This document shows, piece by piece, positions 1-8,963 of a stretch of 61,491 nucleotides of DNA (position 1 is the stretch's first letter; the number at the start of each line of letters is the position of its first letter). The position numbers were made by a program, and so were the translations under genes. Origin of the DNA: a virus (lineage: Duplodnaviria; Caudoviricetes); IMG/VR virus record IMGVR_UViG_3300040770_000247, positions 1 to 61,491 of that record. The stretch is one strand, 5' to 3'. Below the pieces are notes generated by a model, which saw only the letters and a list, made by a program, of their open reading frames with translations, searched no databases and had not been told where the DNA came from.

Positions 1-390
1 TTTATCCTGGTCAGCCTTTGGCTGGATATAGAAGCCATCCTGTACTTTATCTTTGAGGTATCAGGCAGAGAGCTCCATGGACCTGCCACCCATAGCTTTA
101 TGGGATCACTGGCAGTAGCCCTGATGGTGGCGATCTTTGGCTTTATGTCACTGCGCTGGGTACTGGGAGCACTGCTAGGGGCTATCAGTCATATCCTTCT
201 GGATATGCTGGTACATGCAGAAATGCAGCCCCTGGCTCCTTGGCGGACAGACAACCTGTTTTACCTTGACGGCATGGTTATCGTGTCCGCTTTACTGGTG
301 GTCCCTACTGCTTGGTTCGTTTTACAGCTTGTGTCAGGTACGGGAGGTTCGGTTGGTAAAATGCTGGGGAAGCTTCTACAGCGCGATTAG
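1..390 (+). CDS. Membrane-bound metal-dependent hydrolase-like protein (YdjM/DUF4184-like), 5'-truncated
   Basis: Frame 1 is open from base 1; motifs LHGPATHSF and SHILLD; several hydrophobic segments. Confidence 0.6.
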   Translation, partial: FILVSLWLDIEAILYFIFEVSGRELHGPATHSFMGSLAVALMVAIFGFMSLRWVLGALLGAISHILLDMLVHAEMQPLAPWRTDNLFYLDGMVIVSALLVVPTAWFVLQLVSGTGGSVGKMLGKLLQRD

Positions 391-820
391 CCAGTCCCCT
401 CAAATGATTCTCCAGCTGTTTAGGGTCTTTGGTGTACCGGGCATTGTTAATCCCCACAGCGTTGTTGTTTAAGTCCTGTCGACTGTCTTCAATACCCGCA
501 AGCGCCCCTTTGTAGTCTCCGTTAATGAGCCTGTCAGCAACATGGGGACCTGCGGTTAATGCTTCAAAACCATACCCCGCTAACTTAGTAGCAAGACCGG
601 CACCCAATCCACCCCCCAACTCTTGGGCAGTTTTGCCCATCCACAAAGAGTGGCGCATAGCGTTCTCTTTGCCTTCGTCATTAGGAAACAGTTGGGCTGC
701 GCGATTAGTGGCATATTCAGGGATCTCCCTTAGTTTGCCGAACTTATCCAATGCTGCCTGGTACGTTTCTTTAGGTCCCTTCAAGAAGTTACCCCACGGC
801 GATTCATTTTTTTGCGGCAC
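305..820 (-). CDS. Helical protein with SAA/Wnt-like (DUF6973-like) motifs
   Basis: ENAMRHSLW ... E ... EDSRQDLNNNAVG motifs; 171 aa. Confidence 0.55.
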   Translation of the reverse strand: MPQKNESPWGNFLKGPKETYQAALDKFGKLREIPEYATNRAAQLFPNDEGKENAMRHSLWMGKTAQELGGGLGAGLATKLAGYGFEALTAGPHVADRLINGDYKGALAGIEDSRQDLNNNAVGINNARYTKDPKQLENHLRGLANRAVEASPAFYQPNLPYLTQAVKRTKQ

Positions 821-887
821 ACGTCACCCCCAATTAATACTTTGATTCTGAGGCCATGTTACTCACTTAACAAATCCGAGGTTCACC

Positions 888-1130
888 ATGATCTTTAATA
901 CCCGAGTCGGGGGAATACCCTGCAAGTGTGAAGTTACTTATTACTCCACCGGTTCACCTATGCGCGTGTACGGTTCAGGCATGGGTGATTGTGAACCACC
1001 AGAACCAGAAGAGTTTGAATACCAACTGCTCGACCGTAAAGGGTATCGCGCTGAGTGGTTAGACCGCTTTGTTAATGACCAACTTACTTCCCAACTTCAT
1101 TCAGAGTTTGTTGATCGGATTGCCTATTAA
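888..1130 (+). CDS. Conserved phage hypothetical protein
   Basis: GAGG RBS; PPEPEEFEYQLLDRKGYRAEWL motif typical of small phage proteins. Confidence 0.75.
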   Translation: MIFNTRVGGIPCKCEVTYYSTGSPMRVYGSGMGDCEPPEPEEFEYQLLDRKGYRAEWLDRFVNDQLTSQLHSEFVDRIAY

Positions 1131-1203
1131 ATCAAGCAATTAAACCAACACACTTACGCGAATGTTCCTATATTATGGCCTGATGTCTTCCAACACTTAG
1201 GCC

Positions 1204-1413
1204 TTGTCCATGCAAACCCCCAGCGAATACAACGACAACCTTATTGTCGGCTCTGCTGAACTTCCGTCCACCCGAACGAAGCAAGGGATCTGCTGGGTAC
1301 TTCCAGGTAACATCATTGAATGTGACCGTGAAGCCGCCATTGATTACGCCACCAAGTTAGACCGCATTATCAGTGCTAACTTACCTAAGTTCTCCAGAAC
1401 CTTATTTCGCTAA
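1204..1413 (+). CDS. Hypothetical phage protein
   Basis: ORF followed by a terminator; WVLPG motif. Confidence 0.6.
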   Translation: MSMQTPSEYNDNLIVGSAELPSTRTKQGICWVLPGNIIECDREAAIDYATKLDRIISANLPKFSRTLFR

Positions 1414-1431
1414 ACCCTGTTTCTTTACTCC

Positions 1432-1456
1432 AGCCACCTTCGGGTGGTTTTTTATT
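1432..1456 (+). terminator. Rho-independent terminator
   Basis: GCCACC-TTCG-GGTGGT stem-loop followed by a T tract. Confidence 0.8.
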
Positions 1457-1473
1457 CCCTAAAGGAAGTCCTC

Positions 1474-1890
1474 ATGCAAATGACTACTGCTATGGCCCAA
1501 GTGTGGGTGAGCTATCTATTAGCCAGCCTGGCCGCATCCCCTTCTGTGGCATCCCTCAATGCAAACTTGAAGCACGCCAAAGAACAGATTGATCTGCTGG
1601 TTCAATTTGCACTGCTTGATGAAGATGAAGAGAACGCCACTTGGGATCAAGTGATGGACCTCAACCGCACCCGTAAAGCAGAACTGATTAAAGCCTGGGA
1701 GATGCAACGTACTTCCCCACTACCAGAACCCTGGGCCACTCGCGTGCGTGACTTCAGTAAACAGGAACAACCCATGACCTGTAACCATAAACACAAGCAG
1801 AAAGGCACCGGTGTGTTCTTTCAGAGTATGGGGGTGATCCAGTGTGCGGATTGTAAGAACTGGCAAGTGATCAGGAGCCCAGTGCTATGA
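1474..1890 (+). CDS. Hypothetical protein with C-terminal Cys/His cluster
   Basis: AAGGAAG RBS before ATG 1474; CNH...CADC at the C-terminus. Confidence 0.6.
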   Translation: MQMTTAMAQVWVSYLLASLAASPSVASLNANLKHAKEQIDLLVQFALLDEDEENATWDQVMDLNRTRKAELIKAWEMQRTSPLPEPWATRVRDFSKQEQPMTCNHKHKQKGTGVFFQSMGVIQCADCKNWQVIRSPVL

Positions 1891-2216
1891 ACCCTCATGG
1901 CTATCGTAGGAATACCTGTGCCTACGCACTTAGCGTACCTAACTGTAATACAGCCCGAGGTCGCATAGAGGTTGAATTACACATTGAGCCCCGTGTTTTC
2001 AACAATTGGGAATTCGCTGTTCAAGTAGAAAGTGTGAGCCGTGTCCACTCACTTCTTATGGCCTGTGCGCCTGAGTTAGACACCCTCAACTTAATCTCAC
2101 CATCTGTAGAAAAAACAGCCTTGCTTACTTACCTAAGAAATATAGGCAGCAACGCACACACCCTTCAAGACTCTTTTATGCGAGGAGGAGCCACTAATGG
2201 ACGTTACCGCTACTGA
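1887..2216 (+). CDS. Hypothetical protein
   Basis: ATGA overlap with the upstream gene. Confidence 0.5.
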   Translation: MNPHGYRRNTCAYALSVPNCNTARGRIEVELHIEPRVFNNWEFAVQVESVSRVHSLLMACAPELDTLNLISPSVEKTALLTYLRNIGSNAHTLQDSFMRGGATNGRYRY

Positions 2217-2297
2217 TAGTGTTCCTGACAATATCCCTGAAAACCAGATAGCTGACTGGATAGGCACTACCCACAAAGCCCTTTATGGGGGTGACCT

Positions 2298-2489
2298 GTG
2301 TCTAACATCGATCGTTACCTAAACGTACGGGAAGTGGCGCAAGTCACGTCCATCAGTAAGAGTGTGATCTACACCCGTATCAAAGACGGTAAGTTCCCCA
2401 AGGCTACCTTATTGGGTACCCGTACAGCTCGCTGGTTGGAATCTGAGATCCAGCATTGGATTAAGGCCCAACATGCAGCAAACCAGTAG
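2298..2489 (+). CDS. alpA: AlpA-family excisionase / recombination directionality factor
   Basis: YLNVREVAQVTSISKSVIYTRIKDGKFPK...ARWLESEIQHWI is the AlpA HTH signature; converges on the integrase. Confidence 0.9.
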   Translation: MSNIDRYLNVREVAQVTSISKSVIYTRIKDGKFPKATLLGTRTARWLESEIQHWIKAQHAANQ

Positions 2490-3687
2490 CCTCCAGTTGA
2501 TCCAACTGATCGGCCCACGCCTGCATCATCGTGCGCCGTTGCTCCACGTACTTAGCGTGGTCATAGGTACCTTTGACAGCGTTAGGGTCCGTGTGTGACA
2601 ACTGCGCCTCAACCCAGCGCGGCTCATACCCTTGCTCGTTCAATGCCGTGGACAGCGTGGCGCGGATACCGTGCCCGGTTAACCTGTCCTCATACCCCAA
2701 CCGCTTAATCGCTGTATTAATGGTGTTCTCGCTCATAGGCCGGGTTGGATCGTTACGCCCTGGCAGTAAGTACTTGCCTCGACTCAACGGCAACACTCGC
2801 CTCACCAGCTCCACAGCTTGCGTAGACAGCGGTACCAAGTAAGGCGGCATTGTTCCGTCCTTGGTGCGCACACTGCTGCGTAACTGCTTCACCACATCTG
2901 GGGGAATACTCCAGAGCGCATTCTCCAGGTCGAACTGATCGGGGGAAGCAAACCGTAACTCCTGTGTGCGTACCCCTGTCAGTAACAGCAGGCGGATACC
3001 CGCCTCAGTTAAGAACAAACAGCCTGCCCCCCTGAGCTTCACCAAGAACTCTGGCAGCTCTGCTTGCTGCAGGTAAGGGTTGTGCTTCACCGGGGGAGCC
3101 ACTGCCGCCACAATGTCCAAGTCAGTGGCAGGGTTCACCGCCACCAGTCCCTCAGCAATGGCGTAGCGGAAGATCTGGTGCAACCAGGTGCGGCACTTCT
3201 CTGCCACATTGAAAGCCCCACGGGATTCGATCTTACGCACGGCTTTGAGAATGTCTTGACGGGTCACCGCGGTGACCGCAATCGCACCCAACACCGGGAT
3301 CAAGTCTTTATCCAGGTAACTGCGACTCTGTACAGCACTGCCTTTGCGGCCAGTGGTCAGTCGAGGCGTCTTAAATTCATGCCATTGGTTCGCCAATGCC
3401 TCAAAGGTAAGTACATCAGGTTCAGCTTGTGTACTTACCCTTGGGTCAACACCCAGTGCCACCTTGTCCCGTGCCTCATCACGTAGGCTGCGTGCAGCCT
3501 TCAGTGAGATCAACGGGTACTTGCCCAACACGTACCGCTGCTGCTTGCCTAGCCAGTAGAAGCGGAAGTGCCAGCTCTTAGTGCCATTGACGGCAACGTA
3601 GAGAGACAACCCTTCCATGTCGGTCAGGCTGTACGCCTTAGAGGGATCAGCCTTAGCGGCCCGTATAGCGGTGTCTGTGAGTGCCAT
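2461..3687 (-). CDS. int: P4-like tyrosine integrase with N-terminal arm-binding domain
   Basis: MALTDTAIRAAK...GLSLYV...G.KSW arm domain; catalytic R (TGVR), HxxR (HGIR), H (LSH), Y (GTYDHA); ATG at 3687. Confidence 0.95.
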   Translation of the reverse strand: MALTDTAIRAAKADPSKAYSLTDMEGLSLYVAVNGTKSWHFRFYWLGKQQRYVLGKYPLISLKAARSLRDEARDKVALGVDPRVSTQAEPDVLTFEALANQWHEFKTPRLTTGRKGSAVQSRSYLDKDLIPVLGAIAVTAVTRQDILKAVRKIESRGAFNVAEKCRTWLHQIFRYAIAEGLVAVNPATDLDIVAAVAPPVKHNPYLQQAELPEFLVKLRGAGCLFLTEAGIRLLLLTGVRTQELRFASPDQFDLENALWSIPPDVVKQLRSSVRTKDGTMPPYLVPLSTQAVELVRRVLPLSRGKYLLPGRNDPTRPMSENTINTAIKRLGYEDRLTGHGIRATLSTALNEQGYEPRWVEAQLSHTDPNAVKGTYDHAKYVEQRRTMMQAWADQLDQLEATGLLHVGP

Positions 3688-3790
3688 AAGTACATTTCCA
3701 GTGAGTACAGTGCTCCATGTACTCATCAGTGTACTTAAAACGTGAGGTCTTACTAGGACTATCCCTGTCCTTGTAGGACTAACAGACAAG

Positions 3791-3816
3791 AAAAAGCCCC
3801 GGATTACGGGGCTTCT
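3791..3816 (-). terminator. Terminator downstream of the att core (would terminate the restored tRNA after integration)
   Basis: Minus strand AAGCCCCG-TAATC-CGGGGCTT followed by TTT. Confidence 0.75.
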
Positions 3817-3848
3817 AGGGCATTACAGGATCACCTGAAACAGTTAAA

Positions 3849-3865
3849 TGGTGCGGACGGAGAGA
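3849..3865 (-). other. attP: attP core identical to the 3' end of a tRNA-Leu
   Basis: Minus strand TCTCTCCGTCCGCACCA, the T-stem/acceptor/CCA end I recall for Pseudomonas-type tRNA-Leu(TAG); rest of the tRNA absent; lies upstream of int between arm sites. Confidence 0.8.
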
Positions 3866-4013
3866 ACCATGGTGCTGGCTACAGCCCTTACAGGCCGTGG
3901 GCTTGCTTGTAATAAGGCCCATTTATGTACTTATTTATGTACTCATGAACTTAGGTAACACCGCACCACAGGAAAACACCCCAAAACACATCGATTGGTC
4001 CAAAGGAGTACCC

Positions 4014-4289
4014 ATGACAGACACCTTGGTTTACGCGATTTCAGTCTATGACAAACGCCACTTGATGACCGTCTTAGAGTGGGGACCTGACAACGTAAAA
4101 GCGTCCCTGAAATGGTGTGAAGGGTACAGCGCCATGTTCACTCACATTGAGGTGGAGGAACCGGAGCGCACTTACATTCAAGCACTCAAACGTCAGCTAA
4201 AACTGGAACCCTGGGATGAACTTGTCTTTGCCTTCCCTTCATCCCCTCACCACAAGATGCTGCATTTACTGCAGGTCGCCACTCAATGA
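4014..4289 (+). CDS. Hypothetical protein
   Basis: AAGGAG RBS before ATG 4014. Confidence 0.65.
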   Translation: MTDTLVYAISVYDKRHLMTVLEWGPDNVKASLKWCEGYSAMFTHIEVEEPERTYIQALKRQLKLEPWDELVFAFPSSPHHKMLHLLQVATQ

Positions 4290-4302
4290 AATGAGTGAAG
4301 GG

Positions 4303-4788
4303 TTACGAAGACTGCTTACGGGCTTTCATCATTTCTGTGACGAAGGGGGTAAGGTTCTGTACGGCACGTTCACCAAACAGGAAACCAAGCACCAGGGCAT
4401 TGATGACCCAGAGCGCAGACTCTTGTGACTGGTTCAGTTCCCACTGACCCATGAACCACATGCCATCACCGTAGAGTACAGCGTATCCCCATACAGGCCG
4501 TTGCAGCCCACGTAGGAACAACACCAGTGGCCCGACTATCGGAATGGCCCGTAGATCTTGAGCACTGCCTTCTAGTAATGCTGCTCGGTCAGTGACTGCT
4601 TGCTCGGCTGACGCCATCGCTGCAGCCAACTGAGCTCGCTTGTTGGTTTCTGCTTCCTCAAGCTTGAGCTGCATCTCCATGCGCTTCTCAGGGGCTATCT
4701 CTGGAGGCCAGTACGCCATCACAGTCTCTTTCACTTCCTTGAATAAAGAGCCACCTACCATATCGGTGAGCTGCTTGAAGATACTCAT
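4303..4788 (-). CDS. Putative holin (GTA 3TM-like)
   Basis: LQRPVWGYAVL and VLGFLFGER motifs; C-terminal TM helices; next to the endolysin. Confidence 0.65.
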   Translation of the reverse strand: MSIFKQLTDMVGGSLFKEVKETVMAYWPPEIAPEKRMEMQLKLEEAETNKRAQLAAAMASAEQAVTDRAALLEGSAQDLRAIPIVGPLVLFLRGLQRPVWGYAVLYGDGMWFMGQWELNQSQESALWVINALVLGFLFGERAVQNLTPFVTEMMKARKQSS

Positions 4789-4793
4789 GCGGC

Positions 4794-5261
4794 CTATTCC
4801 CCTTTCTTTGTAAGGGACAGTTGCTCAATTAAGTCAATGCGTGCCGTGTTCTTTTGGATGCCTTCCACGTTATGCTTTACTTGTTCAATCTGCCCCAGCA
4901 CGTACCACTGGACAAACGAAAAGAACACCACGCCTACAACCAAAATACCGCGGGCAGCTGATTTAAAATCACTGATGCTGTGCTCAACCAGACTGACCCG
5001 TGTGGTCACTTCCCGAGCATCGCGTTGCGCTTCATGTAAGGTGCTGCGGGTGGCTTCAAACTGTTCCTGCAAGCGAACCAGTTGCACTTGCATTTGTACA
5101 ATCAAATCCAGTTTACCGTTAACCGTTTCAATTGAATGACCCAAGTATTCCAGGCGAGACTTAAGTACGCCAATATCAGTTTGCATACGTGCAGCGACCC
5201 CATCGGAATGAAAGTGTGAGGTGTCTTCTAAAATATCAGGGATGTGAGGTCCGTCCTCCAT
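4794..5261 (-). CDS. Coiled-coil membrane protein of the lysis cassette (holin/antiholin-like)
   Basis: Long heptad region and a single TM segment GILVVGVVFFSFVQWYVL. Confidence 0.55.
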   Translation of the reverse strand: MEDGPHIPDILEDTSHFHSDGVAARMQTDIGVLKSRLEYLGHSIETVNGKLDLIVQMQVQLVRLQEQFEATRSTLHEAQRDAREVTTRVSLVEHSISDFKSAARGILVVGVVFFSFVQWYVLGQIEQVKHNVEGIQKNTARIDLIEQLSLTKKGE

Positions 5262-5370
5262 ACCAACACCTATACAGTAAGTTAGTTGCCTGCATAATAC
5301 CTGTCTAAGTATTTACGTCCAAAAAAAAACCCGCACTAGGCGGGCGGGCTATATTCAGTAGAAGTCTCTT

Positions 5371-5883
5371 TTATGCTTCCGTCTTTGAGCCCTCAGCAGC
5401 ACCCAGAACAGGGAGCATTGCACCTGGCAGCATGAGCCCAGTAGGCCACCGGTAGCCACTCACGCGAGTATGGGGAAACGAGCGCACATTGACTGCATCA
5501 CCCTGGTTTCCCCCCAGCACCAGCAAGTTGCCTGACGTGTCCTGCCCTACTACAAAACCAACATGCCCCCCACCTTCGCGGGTGAACACCACCACGCAGC
5601 CCACGACAGGTTCAGGGATAAGCTGACCCCACTGCAAGTAGGACTTGGCACTTTCAAATCGGCTGGATTTAACACCAACACGCTCAAGCATTGCGCCTAC
5701 AAAAGCTGCACACCAGGGAGTTTCATCATCTTTGATACCACCGCGTTTAATATCTTTCCAGAACTGAACAATCTCTGGGGCATGGGTACCGCCTTTAATC
5801 TCTTTCAATCCAATATGCTTGCGTGCTTCAACTAGCCAGCTTGGCTCCTTATCCTGTTGAAGTACTTCCGCACCCATAACCAC
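5371..5883 (-). CDS. TIGR02594-family endolysin (NlpC/P60-CHAP-like)
   Basis: DDETPWCAAFV, GGGHVGFV and VLGGNQGDAV motifs. Confidence 0.9.
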   Translation of the reverse strand: MVMGAEVLQQDKEPSWLVEARKHIGLKEIKGGTHAPEIVQFWKDIKRGGIKDDETPWCAAFVGAMLERVGVKSSRFESAKSYLQWGQLIPEPVVGCVVVFTREGGGHVGFVVGQDTSGNLLVLGGNQGDAVNVRSFPHTRVSGYRWPTGLMLPGAMLPVLGAAEGSKTEA

Positions 5884-6322
5884 CTCGTATCAATGAAGGC
5901 AATACCACTAGATTAACCCATACACCTACATCTTTTAGCATTGCTGGATTAAGAGAAGCTGCTATTGGCAGACCCAATGCTTTGGCGCACCATTGAGAGC
6001 AAAACTGAGAACCCTCTTGTGCCTGATTGCGGTTAAGGATCTGGCTCCCTAGCAGTGGAAGCCAGCCGTAGGTATCCGAATCGGTGGCCTTAAAATAACT
6101 AAGGACATCCGACCGGTAAGCCCAAGGCAAATCAACCAGCTCCCAGTTACCGCTGTCCAAATCAATCTGCTTGCGCCTAACACCCTTGTCCATGATCGAG
6201 CTGCTGTAGCACCAACCGTCAACAACCAGTTCACAGTGACTGTAAATACTCCCAGTCCACCAACGGATCAATGCGTTACCTATCTGCCCCTTACCTTTGT
6301 ATAAAGCAAGTTGGACAGTCAT
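5849..6322 (-). CDS. Permuted papain-like (YiiX/NlpC-P60-type) enzyme
   Basis: YSHCELV ... FCSQWCA: His before Cys, the circularly permuted order. Confidence 0.7.
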   Translation of the reverse strand: MTVQLALYKGKGQIGNALIRWWTGSIYSHCELVVDGWCYSSSIMDKGVRRKQIDLDSGNWELVDLPWAYRSDVLSYFKATDSDTYGWLPLLGSQILNRNQAQEGSQFCSQWCAKALGLPIAASLNPAMLKDVGVWVNLVVLPSLIRGGYGCGSTSTG

Positions 6323-6915
6323 GGGGCACCCGGTAAGTCGTAATTAGTAGCCACGGTACTAGGGTCGCTTGCTACATTGATAGCCGACTCGTAACGCTGC
6401 CGTAAGCCAGTCAGGTAAGCACTGGCGTGCGCAAACTGCGTAGCCTTGGCATAGGTGCGGCTCAGGTACTCAGTGCGTGGGATACCTCGGGCTTGCGCGG
6501 CTATGTTAATCCAAGGTGTAGCAACTGCATTGTCGGCATTCCACGCCACGGCTTCTTCACGCTGGCGTTCCCAGGTTGCAATCTCGCTGGGTGGGTAGCC
6601 TGCTGTGAGTGAGGCAATGGCGTCTTCGTAGACTGCATTGTTAAGACTGAGAGCAACAGTGCGGGCCTGTAGTTGGTTACGGGCAATCGTTTCAGCAGGT
6701 AGCGCGAACACGACCCACTGCTGGGTGCCACCGATAGGCGCAGCCTCGGAAACCATTTCGGTTACCTGGTGATACGCTGGGCGACTTACGGGTGTGTACC
6801 CTTTAAAATCACCAAACGCCGCGGTGCCTTGCGGGACGCTCGCACCGGTGTGTTGCCTTATGGCATCTGCAAACGATACCCCGTAGGCTCCTGTTATTGT
6901 ATTCAAGTACAGCAT
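6319..6915 (-). CDS. Tail fibre assembly/chaperone-like protein
   Basis: YPPSEIATWERQREEA...IAAQARG motif; downstream of fibre genes. Confidence 0.65.
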   Translation of the reverse strand: MLYLNTITGAYGVSFADAIRQHTGASVPQGTAAFGDFKGYTPVSRPAYHQVTEMVSEAAPIGGTQQWVVFALPAETIARNQLQARTVALSLNNAVYEDAIASLTAGYPPSEIATWERQREEAVAWNADNAVATPWINIAAQARGIPRTEYLSRTYAKATQFAHASAYLTGLRQRYESAINVASDPSTVATNYDLPGAP

Positions 6916-6924
6916 GGGCTACTC

Positions 6925-7923
6925 CTATTGGAAAACGGCAACAGTGTTATTTCGGAAGCCTGCTATCACAGCGCCGTTGGCTATTTCGTTATCGGTTTGC
7001 TCAGTAATACCGGCCCAAGTGATGTTGTTGAGCGAGGCGGTAGTTGAGTACGGGATAACACCCCGGCCCGCAGCCATCCCTGTCGCCTCACCTAGCACTT
7101 CATTGAACGCGATAGAGAGGCGCGGCATCCCGCCAATGCTGCCGTGTGAACAGCCAATGATTACGCCCACCGAAGGTGTACGGACAATACCGCGCACAGG
7201 GGTTTCCCCAAACGCACCGTTGGTGCTTTGGGAGGGAGTCGAATTGGTATGCACGAAGGCTGGGTTGGACACAGCCGATTCAACCGTAAACGGTAGTCCG
7301 TTTATATCGGAGGAGAGGATCATCCTGTAACTGCTTCGCACTGCTGTGACTAAGCCATCAATGTAAAGGCCAGTACCAGCCGCGTTATTAACCCGCGATA
7401 CCATTGAGTTCAAGATGCTGATAGTTGAGGTTCCTCCAACCGTTGTAACGGTCATTGGGGAGCCATTTACCCATACCTCGTAAGTCGTACCAATTACCTG
7501 TGCTACGTTTTCGAGGGTATACGTACTGACCTGAGCTATTGGCAAGGTGCCTGAGTAGTTGCTGGTGTCTGAAAACGCTGGAGTGCCTGAGCTAAGATCC
7601 GCAACACGGATAACCACACCTTCGACATAAACTGTGCCGCCTGGTGCGTAGGTAATAACTACGCTGCCTGATGAACCTGTAGGCACGGTGGCGGAGAAAA
7701 TAGCACCCCCTACGTTCGCAGCAGAGACTCCCCCTATGGTTACGGACGACACAACCCCAGTGACAGCCATACAAACAACAATTACCCGACCGGCTTCGGC
7801 TGCACCGAAACTGCAACCCGTAATGGTATGTACGTCCCCTACAGATGCGCCACGAGAGAACGCAGCTACCTGCTGGATTTTACCTCCGGCACCTGCTGCG
7901 CCAAGTAAAAAGTCCTTAATCAT
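6925..7923 (-). CDS. Tail fibre / receptor-binding protein
   Basis: G/S/T/V-rich beta composition within the tail module. Confidence 0.6.
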   Translation of the reverse strand: MIKDFLLGAAGAGGKIQQVAAFSRGASVGDVHTITGCSFGAAEAGRVIVVCMAVTGVVSSVTIGGVSAANVGGAIFSATVPTGSSGSVVITYAPGGTVYVEGVVIRVADLSSGTPAFSDTSNYSGTLPIAQVSTYTLENVAQVIGTTYEVWVNGSPMTVTTVGGTSTISILNSMVSRVNNAAGTGLYIDGLVTAVRSSYRMILSSDINGLPFTVESAVSNPAFVHTNSTPSQSTNGAFGETPVRGIVRTPSVGVIIGCSHGSIGGMPRLSIAFNEVLGEATGMAAGRGVIPYSTTASLNNITWAGITEQTDNEIANGAVIAGFRNNTVAVFQ

Positions 7924-8642
7924 TTAACGTCCACCCCTAGCACCAGCCCGCTCCAAGTCGTGCCGCCGTCATGGGTAAAGAACCCCAACACATCACGCCC
8001 CGCCGCTGTTAGCTTGGGGGCAGTAGCGCCTGCCCATTTAACTCCAGCCCACCACGTCACAACACCCGCCCCACCATTGGTAAGGTCAAGAAGGAAACTC
8101 GCTGTGGTGCCGCTCGCAGGCGTGTTGGCTACCGTAAAGGTAGTCGCCCCGGTGATGGTCTTGGTGTAAATATCTCCCGCACTTACGTCGATGCTGGAAG
8201 CTGGAATAGCTACCCGTGTGCCATACGTGGCCTTGCCAAAGGTCTGCACTGCTGTCCAAGTCCGCGCCACGTCCGTTTTAGCGGTGTCAGCGTCATACGC
8301 TTGCACCGTGACGCCGATAGCAGATGCGGGGAGCTTGGCGGCAAGGTCCGCCACGTACTCACCCGCCGTAAGCGACTGGTAAGCAAAAGTCGCACCGGAC
8401 CAGGCACGCGCTGTAGTGCCTTCGATACCACGAGTTACCCCATACAACACATTACCTATGCGTGAGGTATACCGGATGAACTCAACAAACGAAGGTCGAC
8501 CCACACTGTCTACAAGAGTCAGTACACCCCCATCAGTTGGTGGGTACTTATAAGGTGCTGTAGGCGCTACTAAAACAAGCTCAGTACTGCTGGCAGTAAC
8601 CGGAGTAACTAAAGTGCACTGTACAAAGTTTTCAATACTCAT
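7920..8642 (-). CDS. Tail fibre protein
   Basis: VTRGIEGTTARAW N-terminal motif; C-terminal VKWAGATAPKLTAAGRDVLGFFTHDGGTTW. Confidence 0.75.
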   Translation of the reverse strand: MSIENFVQCTLVTPVTASSTELVLVAPTAPYKYPPTDGGVLTLVDSVGRPSFVEFIRYTSRIGNVLYGVTRGIEGTTARAWSGATFAYQSLTAGEYVADLAAKLPASAIGVTVQAYDADTAKTDVARTWTAVQTFGKATYGTRVAIPASSIDVSAGDIYTKTITGATTFTVANTPASGTTASFLLDLTNGGAGVVTWWAGVKWAGATAPKLTAAGRDVLGFFTHDGGTTWSGLVLGVDVK

Positions 8643-8956
8643 CGGTTACGCACCTTTACTTTAAATTCAATTTCTTTACGCCGGTCTTGTTCAGTCATGA
8701 CCACACAGGTGACCACATAATCCAGGTAATCAGTACCGCCACCAATCCAGATTTTAAAGGACACTGGAATTACACCCATCAGTACATATTCTGGATGGGG
8801 TGCCGGTCCTAATACCAGGCTGGGAACTTCTTCACTTACAGACGTTACAGTAAGTGCCACAGATTGAATGTCGTCCCCTGGGATGCTGGAAAACCAACCA
8901 GACATATCCACGTCATAATCCAGTACATCATTGGGTTGTTTTAAATATGTCTGCAT
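8639..8956 (-). CDS. Putative fibre-tail adaptor
   Basis: KQPNDVLDYDVD motif common in fibre-associated phage proteins. Confidence 0.6.
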   Translation of the reverse strand: MQTYLKQPNDVLDYDVDMSGWFSSIPGDDIQSVALTVTSVSEEVPSLVLGPAPHPEYVLMGVIPVSFKIWIGGGTDYLDYVVTCVVMTEQDRRKEIEFKVKVRNR

Positions 8957-8963
8957 GGATGCC

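Larger units (their letters stand above)
3686..3946. repeat. Integrase arm-type sites of attP (TGTACTYA repeats)
   Basis: TGTACTCAT 3718, TGTACTTAA 3730, TGTACTTAT 3926, TGTACTCAT 3938 (12-bp spacing in each pair); inverted copies at 3686-3694 and 3701-3709. Confidence 0.75.

Noticed and set aside
3849-3900. Possible full tRNA gene
   Set aside because: Only the last 17 nt are present; no T-loop, anticodon or D arm, so it is an att core
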